This document shows, piece after piece, positions 19,524 to 25,896 of a DNA stretch of 25,896 nucleotides. The notes below the pieces were generated by a model. That model was given only the letters and a program-made list of their open reading frames with translations. It did not search any database and was not told the DNA's origin. The position numbers and the translations under genes are program-made. This DNA is from an uncultured Janthinobacterium sp. (GTDB lineage: Bacteria; Vulcanimicrobiota; Vulcanimicrobiia; Vulcanimicrobiales; Vulcanimicrobiaceae), in contig CAZZXB010000027.1 in assembly GCA_964658025.1 (NCBI GenBank), positions 1-25,896 of the forward strand. The letters are read 5' to 3'. How positions within the stretch are numbered: the first letter of the stretch is position 1; the number at the start of each line of letters is the position of its first letter.

Positions 19524-21626
19524 TTACGCTGCGGGTTTGGTACCTTTGGCCTTCGAGACGATCTCTTCTTCGACGGACTTCGGAGCCTTTTCGTAGTGGA
19601 GAAACTCCATCGTGTACGTGGCACGACCTTGGGTCGCCGAGCGCATGTCGGTCGCGTACCCGAACATCTCCGAGAGCGGGACGTTCGCGGTGATCGTCTG
19701 CGCGCCGCCGGCGACGTCTTCGCTCGCTTGGATCATGCCGCGGCGCTTCATGAGATCGCCGTTGATGCCGCCGAGATAGTCTTTCGGCGTCGTCACTTCG
19801 ACCTTCATGATCGGTTCGAGCAGGATCGGACCCGCGGCGCGGTTCGCTTCCTTGAACGCCATGGAACCGGCGATCTTGAACGCCATTTCCGAGGAGTCGA
19901 CGTCGTGGTAGCTCCCGTCGAAGACGGTCGCCTTGAAGTCGAGCACGGGATATCCCGCGAGCACGCCGCTCGTCGCCGACTCGCGGATCCCCTCGGCGAT
20001 CGCCTTCTGATATTCCTTGGGGATGACGCCGCCGACGACGCCCCACACGAACACGTAGCCCGTGCCGGGTTCGCCCGGTTCGAGACGGAGCCACACGTCG
20101 CCGTATTGACCCTTGCCGCCCGTCTGACGGACGAACTTGCCCTGTTTTTCGATCTGTTTCGTGATCGCTTCTTTGTACGCGACCTGCGGTTTGCCGACGT
20201 TCGCCTCGACCTTGAACTCGCGCTTGAGGCGGTCGAGGATGATCTCGAGGTGGAGTTCGCCCATGCCGGCGATGATCGTCTGCTGGGTTTCCTCGTCGGT
20301 ACGCATCCGGAACGTCGGATCTTCTTGCGCGAGACGGGAGAGCGCCGTGCCCATCTTGTCTTGGTCGGCTTTCGTCTTGGGCTCGATCGCCTGCGAGATG
20401 ACGGGCTCGGGGAACGTGATGTTCTCGAGCAAGATCTGCTGTTTTTCGTCGCAGAGCGTGTCGCCCGTGCGCGTGTCGGTCAGCCCGACCGCCGCCGCGA
20501 TGTCGCCCGCGCCGATCGAATCGATGTCCTCGCGATGATTCGCGTGCATCCGCAAGATGCGCCCGATGCGCTCCTTGCGACCGCTCCGGGCGTTGTAGAC
20601 GTAACTGCCCTTTTCGAGCGTGCCGGAATAGACGCGGAAATACGTGAGGTTGCCGTACGGATCGGTCGCGATCTTGAAGGCGAGCGCCGCGAACGGTTCC
20701 TTGTCGTCGGCCTTGCGGACGATCGTCTTCGACTCGTCTTTGGGATCGACGCCCGCGATCGGCTTTGCATCGATCGGCGACGGAAGATAATCCACGACCG
20801 CGTCGAGTAACGGCTGGACGCCCTTGTTCTTGAACGCAGAACCGCAGAGCATCGGCAACACGTCGCCCGCGATCGTCGCCTTGCGCAGCGCGGTTTTCAG
20901 ACGTGCTTCGGGGATATCTTCGCCCGCAAAAAACAGCTCGAGCAACTCGTCGTCTTGTTCCGCGATCGCCTCGATGAGTTCCTGACGCCACGTTTTCGCG
21001 ACGTCGAGCAACTCGCCGTCGAGTTCCTGCGACTCCATCGTGGACCCGAGATCGTCGGTGTAGACGATCTTTTTCATCGTGAACAGATCGACGACGCCGA
21101 GGAACTGATCCTCGGCGCCGATCGGCACCTGGATCGGAACCGCGCGCGCGCCGAGACGTTCGCGGATCTTCGCGACGCAGTTGAAAAAGTCGGCACCCAT
21201 GCGATCCATCTTGTTGACGAAGATGATCCGCGGGACTTTATACTTGTTGGCCTGGCGCCAGACGGTCTCCGACTGCGGCTGGACGGCCGCGACGGAGTCG
21301 AAGAGCGCGACGAGCCCGTCGAGCACGCGGAGCGAGCGCTCGACCTCGACCGTGAAGTCCACGTGGCCCGGCGTGTCGATGATGTTGATGCGCGTTTCGC
21401 GCCAGGTCGTCGCGGTCGCGGCGGAGGTGATCGTGATGCCGCGTTCCTGCTCTTGGACCATCCAGTCCATCGTCGCCGCGCCGTCGTGCACTTCGCCGAT
21501 CTTGTGCGTGCGGCCGGTGTAGTACAGGATGCGTTCGGTCGCGGTCGTCTTCCCCGCGTCGATGTGCGCGGCGATGCCGATGTTCCGGGTCCGCTCGAGC
21601 GGATATTCTCTAATCAGCGTTGCCAT
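19524..21626 (-). CDS. fusA: Elongation factor G
   Basis: [67 protein letters not shown]. Confidence 0.99.
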   Translation of the reverse strand: MATLIREYPLERTRNIGIAAHIDAGKTTATERILYYTGRTHKIGEVHDGAATMDWMVQEQERGITITSAATATTWRETRINIIDTPGHVDFTVEVERSLRVLDGLVALFDSVAAVQPQSETVWRQANKYKVPRIIFVNKMDRMGADFFNCVAKIRERLGARAVPIQVPIGAEDQFLGVVDLFTMKKIVYTDDLGSTMESQELDGELLDVAKTWRQELIEAIAEQDDELLELFFAGEDIPEARLKTALRKATIAGDVLPMLCGSAFKNKGVQPLLDAVVDYLPSPIDAKPIAGVDPKDESKTIVRKADDKEPFAALAFKIATDPYGNLTYFRVYSGTLEKGSYVYNARSGRKERIGRILRMHANHREDIDSIGAGDIAAAVGLTDTRTGDTLCDEKQQILLENITFPEPVISQAIEPKTKADQDKMGTALSRLAQEDPTFRMRTDEETQQTIIAGMGELHLEIILDRLKREFKVEANVGKPQVAYKEAITKQIEKQGKFVRQTGGKGQYGDVWLRLEPGEPGTGYVFVWGVVGGVIPKEYQKAIAEGIRESATSGVLAGYPVLDFKATVFDGSYHDVDSSEMAFKIAGSMAFKEANRAAGPILLEPIMKVEVTTPKDYLGGINGDLMKRRGMIQASEDVAGGAQTITANVPLSEMFGYATDMRSATQGRATYTMEFLHYEKAPKSVEEEIVSKAKGTKPAA

Positions 21627-21632
21627 CTTCGA

Positions 21633-22103
21633 TTACCAGCGGTAGTGGGCGAATGCCTTATTGGCCTCCGCCATCTTGTGCGTGTCTTCGCGCTTCTTGA
21701 CCGAGGCGCCGACGTTGTTCGCCGCATCCATGATCTCGCTCGCGAGCTTCTCTTCCATCGAATGGCCGGGACGTTTGCGCGCGTACTGGATCAACCACCG
21801 CATCGCCATCGCCTGGCGACGGTCCGGGCGCACTTCCATCGGCACCTGGTACGTCGCACCGCCGACGCGGCGCGGGCGGACTTCCACCATCGGCATCGCG
21901 TTGCCGAGCGCTTGCGTGAACACGTCCATCGGATCGCGACCCAACTTCTCACCGACGACGCCGAGGGCGCCGTAGGTGATCCGCTCCGCGGTCGACTTCT
22001 TACCGGCGAGCATGATCTTGTTGATGAAGCGTGCGAGCACTTTGGAATTGAAGCGCGGATCGGGCAGAATCTGACGTTTGGGGACGGCACCCTTACGTGG
22101 CAT
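21633..22103 (-). CDS. rpsG: 30S ribosomal protein S7
   Basis: [36 protein letters not shown]. Confidence 0.99.
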   Translation of the reverse strand: MPRKGAVPKRQILPDPRFNSKVLARFINKIMLAGKKSTAERITYGALGVVGEKLGRDPMDVFTQALGNAMPMVEVRPRRVGGATYQVPMEVRPDRRQAMAMRWLIQYARKRPGHSMEEKLASEIMDAANNVGASVKKREDTHKMAEANKAFAHYRW

Positions 22104-22117
22104 GCGGTGAACCTACC

Positions 22118-22558
<441 letters not shown>

Positions 22559-22636
22559 GGAGACTCCACGGACGGCGGCCTCGGGACGGGCACGCACACA
22601 AGTTCCGCCCCACCGCGGGTAGGCCGGAACCCCGGA

Positions 22637-22666
22637 ACTATATCAGTTTCGGGTGATCGGAGTCAA
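22637..22666 (-). promoter_or_regulatory. Sigma70-type promoter of the str operon
   Basis: TTGACT (22666-22661), 18-bp spacer ending TGA, TATAGT (22642-22637): near-consensus -35 and extended -10. Confidence 0.75.
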
Positions 22667-22721
22667 CGTTCGCCCCCGCGTTCGAACGGTCCGGGACCCT
22701 CCCTCGCGAAGGTCAGCGTCC

Positions 22722-24401
22722 ATGTCACCGACATCCCATTCGCGCCGGGCGTCTCGCCCACGGCTGGCCGCGCGCGTCCTCCTCGGCTTGGCGCTCGCCC
22801 TCCTCGCGGTCGCTTGCACCCGCGTCGGGAGCGGGCGCGACGGCACGGGCGGAGCGCGACACCCGTGGACGCACCCCGACGAGTTGCGCGTGGGGATGAT
22901 CGGCGCCCCGAACACCCTCGATCCCATCCTCTCGACGCAAGAGTTCGAGACGCAGGTCATCGCGCTCGTGTTCGATCCCCTCATCGCCGCCGATCCGCAG
23001 GGCAACGACGTGCCGATCCTCGCCGCGCGGGTGCCGACGCTCGCCAACGGCGACGTCTCGCCCGACGGCCTGCGCATCGTCTATCATCTGCGCCACGGCG
23101 TCTCGTGGCAGGACGGGGCGCCCTTCTCGAGCCACGACGTGGCCTTCACCTGGCGGGCGATCATGAACCCCAATTCGACCGTCTCGTCGCGCCACGGCTA
23201 CGACGTCATCGAGCGGATCGACACGCCCGACCCGTGGACCGCGGTCTTCCATCTCAAACGCCGCTTCGGTCCGGCGGTACAGACGTATTTCGCGCACAGC
23301 GACATCCAGTATTTCGTCATGCCCGCGCACCTGCTCGAACGATACGCGAGCCTCAACGGCATCCCGTTCAACTCGGCGCCGATCGGGACGGGTCCGTACA
23401 AACTCGTGCGTTGGGCGCGGGGCGATCGCTTCGAACTGACGGCGAACGACCGCTACTTCCTCGGCAAACCGAAGATCCGCAACGTCGTCATCCATCTCGT
23501 CGGCGACGAGAACACGCTCGCCCAGCAAGTCCGCTCGCACGAGATCGATTGGTTCATCGAAGCGACGCCGCGGGTCTACCCGCAACTCCGCGGCATCCCC
23601 GGCGTCGACGTCCGGCTCGTTCCGACGAACGCGACCGAATCGATCATGTTCGACACCGAGCGCGCGCCGTGGAACGACGCGCGCGTGCGGCGCGCCGTCG
23701 GACTCGCGATCGACAAAGGCGAACTCGTGCGGACGATCACGTCGGGTACGACGATCGCGGCGACCGAAGATCAGCCGCGCTCGCTGTGGTCGTTCGACCC
23801 GGGCGCCGGGACGGACGAACCCGACGTCGCCGAGGCGAGACGCCTGCTCGACGAAGCGGGCTGGAAGGTCGGACCGTCCGGGATAAGGACGAAAAACGGA
23901 CGGCCGCTCCAACTCGAACTCGCCTCGCGCGCGGACGTCTTGACCGAGCGTAACATCGGCGTCGTGGTCGCGTCGATGTTGCGCAACGTCGGCATCGACG
24001 TCGCGCAGAAATCGTACCTCACGTCGATCTACTATGCGCCGTACGCCGAAGGCGGCATCCTCGCGCGCGGCAAGTTCGACGCGGGGCTGATGGTCTGGTA
24101 CGCGGGCATCGACCCCGACGACTCCTCGCAACTGACCTGTCGCGAGCGGCCGCCGCAGGGATACGATTGGTCGCGATACTGCACGGCGCGGATGGACGAC
24201 GCGCAGCGACTCGCGCTCGATCGCTACGATCGCCCGACGCGCAAACGCGCCTACGCGACGATCCAACGGCTCCTCGCGCGAGACGCACCGTACGTCTATC
24301 TCTGGTGGCCGCGCCAGATCGAGGCGATCAACGACGATCTCCACGGCTTCCGTCCCAACGGCATCGTCGAAGACTGGAACGCCTACCAATGGTCGCTCTG
24401 A
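22722..24401 (+). CDS. Peptide/nickel ABC transporter substrate-binding lipoprotein (family 5)
   Basis: Lipobox LAVA-C; LRHGVSWQDGAPFSSHDVAFT; PIGTGPYKL; DARVRRAV; ARRLLDEAGW. No permease genes adjacent. Confidence 0.92.
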   Translation: MSPTSHSRRASRPRLAARVLLGLALALLAVACTRVGSGRDGTGGARHPWTHPDELRVGMIGAPNTLDPILSTQEFETQVIALVFDPLIAADPQGNDVPILAARVPTLANGDVSPDGLRIVYHLRHGVSWQDGAPFSSHDVAFTWRAIMNPNSTVSSRHGYDVIERIDTPDPWTAVFHLKRRFGPAVQTYFAHSDIQYFVMPAHLLERYASLNGIPFNSAPIGTGPYKLVRWARGDRFELTANDRYFLGKPKIRNVVIHLVGDENTLAQQVRSHEIDWFIEATPRVYPQLRGIPGVDVRLVPTNATESIMFDTERAPWNDARVRRAVGLAIDKGELVRTITSGTTIAATEDQPRSLWSFDPGAGTDEPDVAEARRLLDEAGWKVGPSGIRTKNGRPLQLELASRADVLTERNIGVVVASMLRNVGIDVAQKSYLTSIYYAPYAEGGILARGKFDAGLMVWYAGIDPDDSSQLTCRERPPQGYDWSRYCTARMDDAQRLALDRYDRPTRKRAYATIQRLLARDAPYVYLWWPRQIEAINDDLHGFRPNGIVEDWNAYQWSL

Positions 24402-24423
24402 CGCGACCGACGCTCGCAGGACC

Positions 24424-25290
24424 TCACGCGTCGGGCATCGCGGCGACGTACTCGCACGTTCGGCGATCGATGCGGCCGTCGGTCCGAACGCGATTCTCCA
24501 GATTCTCCACGTGCATGAGCGCGACGAGTGCGGCGGCCGCGCGATCGTCGTAGGTTCCGACGTCGGCCGAGAGGACGCCGACGCGTTTGAGATTCGCCAC
24601 GAGGTCGCGGCCGACGCGCGCGTCGATCTCGAGGACGTCTTCCGGCGCGGCTTCGAAATAATAGAGTTTGTGGAGTTCGAGTAAGCGCGCGAGTTCGTCG
24701 ATGGGACGGCTCGCGTCGTCGACGCGCAGATCGACGTAGCGATCGTTGAAGCCCGCATATCCGCCGTTCGGCTTTTCGATGAAGAGCGCGGCGCTCTGTT
24801 GGCCGCGCTTGTCGCCGCCCGCGTCTTGCGCCGCGCGGAGTGCGGCGAGGAGCCGATCGCAGAGCGCGCCGCGCGTCTCGCGGAACGTTTCGGCGAGCGC
24901 GGCCACGACGGCGGCGGACGCGAGACAGTTTCCCTGTGCGGCGAAGCCGTCGCCCGCGATCCCGCTCGCGTGATCGATGCACCGCGCGCCCGTGAAGCTC
25001 TCGCTCGAGCCGTCGACGCCGACGATTCCGAATTGGCGATCGTCGCGCTCGTCGTCGCCCGAGACGAGTCGTCGCGCGACTTCGGGGGCCGTCGCTCCGA
25101 GCGCGAGACCCGCGAGCGCCTCGGGACCGAAGCGCGTGTTCGCGAACGCCTGCGTCGCGATCGCGCCGACGCCCGCCCGCACCCACGGCACGACGGCTCC
25201 GACCGACAAGAACTTCGATGCGACGGCGATACCGATCTCGCCCGCCGCACGATCGACGCCGACGATGGAAAAGGTGCTGGGACGTATCAC
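24424..25290 (-). CDS. DUF1028 family protein (Ntn-hydrolase-like) with putative C-terminal peptidoglycan-binding domain
   Basis: TFSIVGVD..GEIGIAVAS, GAIATQA, RQFGIV, AQGN, AGGDKRGQQSAAL, DLRVDD; C-terminal VENLENR. Confidence 0.88.
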   Translation of the reverse strand: MIRPSTFSIVGVDRAAGEIGIAVASKFLSVGAVVPWVRAGVGAIATQAFANTRFGPEALAGLALGATAPEVARRLVSGDDERDDRQFGIVGVDGSSESFTGARCIDHASGIAGDGFAAQGNCLASAAVVAALAETFRETRGALCDRLLAALRAAQDAGGDKRGQQSAALFIEKPNGGYAGFNDRYVDLRVDDASRPIDELARLLELHKLYYFEAAPEDVLEIDARVGRDLVANLKRVGVLSADVGTYDDRAAAALVALMHVENLENRVRTDGRIDRRTCEYVAAMPDA

Positions 25291-25318
25291 GCGTCCCAGT
25301 TTCGCAGCTTCCGGGACG

Positions 25319-25507
25319 TTAGCCCGCCGCGCGGAACCCGGCGACGGCGCACGGTCCGAAACCGCGAAAGCGACGCCCTTTTCCGCGCTCGCTCAGCAGC
25401 GCTTCGCCGAGCGCGGTCAGGCCGTAGCGGATATCGTCGCCCGTCTGCGCGTCGTCGCGCTCCGTGTCGTCGCTCGTGGTCGCGTGCGCGTTCGCATCGG
25501 TTTTCAC
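25319..25507 (-). CDS. Small hypothetical protein (62 aa)
   Basis: GTG start preceded by GGAGG; acidic N-terminal half, then YGLTALGEALL. Confidence 0.5.
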   Translation of the reverse strand: MKTDANAHATTSDDTERDDAQTGDDIRYGLTALGEALLSERGKGRRFRGFGPCAVAGFRAAG

Positions 25508-25613
25508 GGATGTTCGTCCTCCAGCGGCGCTCGGCGCGCCCGATCGTTCGTCGTTAGCGATAGACTACGCCGGGCGCGTGCCAGCAGATTGGCATAGCCG
25601 TATTCGAGCGCGT

Positions 25614-25895
25614 CTAGGCGAGCGAGATCGGCGCGACGATCGGAGAGATGGGGACGGACGGCGCCTCGGGAGCGGGCGACGCGACGGGTCCCGACACGGC
25701 GGTCGGCGCGTCCTCGTGCGTCACGAGATAGCCGCCGAGATCGACGTCGTGCCCGACGTTCGTGACGTCGACCCCGCCGTCGCCGTTCTTCGCGAGCGTC
25801 GTGACGATCGACGCGCCGTCGGTGCCCGCGTCCGCGATCGTCAGGCTCCCGTCGGCGTTTTTCTCGACGGTCGCGCCGTCGCCGAGCGCGACGGC
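25614..25895 (-). CDS. 3' end of a hypothetical protein that starts beyond the window
   Basis: Open frame to TAG at 25616-25614: ...AVALGDGATVEKNADGSLTIADAGTDGASIVTTLAKNGDGGVDVTNVGHDVDLGGYLVTHEDAPTAVSGPVASPAPEAPSVPISPIVAPISLA*; GC-rich third codon positions. Confidence 0.65.
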   Translation of the reverse strand, partial: AVALGDGATVEKNADGSLTIADAGTDGASIVTTLAKNGDGGVDVTNVGHDVDLGGYLVTHEDAPTAVSGPVASPAPEAPSVPISPIVAPISLA

Positions 25896-25896
25896 G

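Overview
High-GC (roughly two-thirds G+C, CpG-rich) bacterial chromosomal window, mostly housekeeping and metabolic genes. The gene style suggests Candidatus Eremiobacterota/Vulcanimicrobiota, but that is inference. Left to right: a secreted S53 (sedolisin/kumamolisin) peptidase; a three-gene succinate dehydrogenase/fumarate reductase operon with an HdrB-like CCG subunit in place of a heme membrane anchor (type E, sdhABE); an orphan soluble TraD/VirD4-like P-loop ATPase followed by a candidate ~110-nt structured RNA on the opposite strand; a DmpA/P1 aminopeptidase divergent from pckA; yjbQ; a Spy/CpxP-like protein; a YqjM/NamA old-yellow enzyme; a PhnD-like/SDR/PhnC-like/fused PhnE-like ABC operon with a divergent TetR regulator; an SRPBCC-like protein; the str operon (rpsL-rpsG-fusA-tuf-rpsJ, ending at rpsJ, with nested repeats between fusA and tuf and a 21-aa insertion in S12); a peptide ABC-binding lipoprotein; a DUF1028 protein; a small ORF and the 3' end of a further gene. 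No tRNA, rRNA, CRISPR array, integrase or transposase was seen. CGATCG/GCGATCGC palindromes look strongly over-represented.
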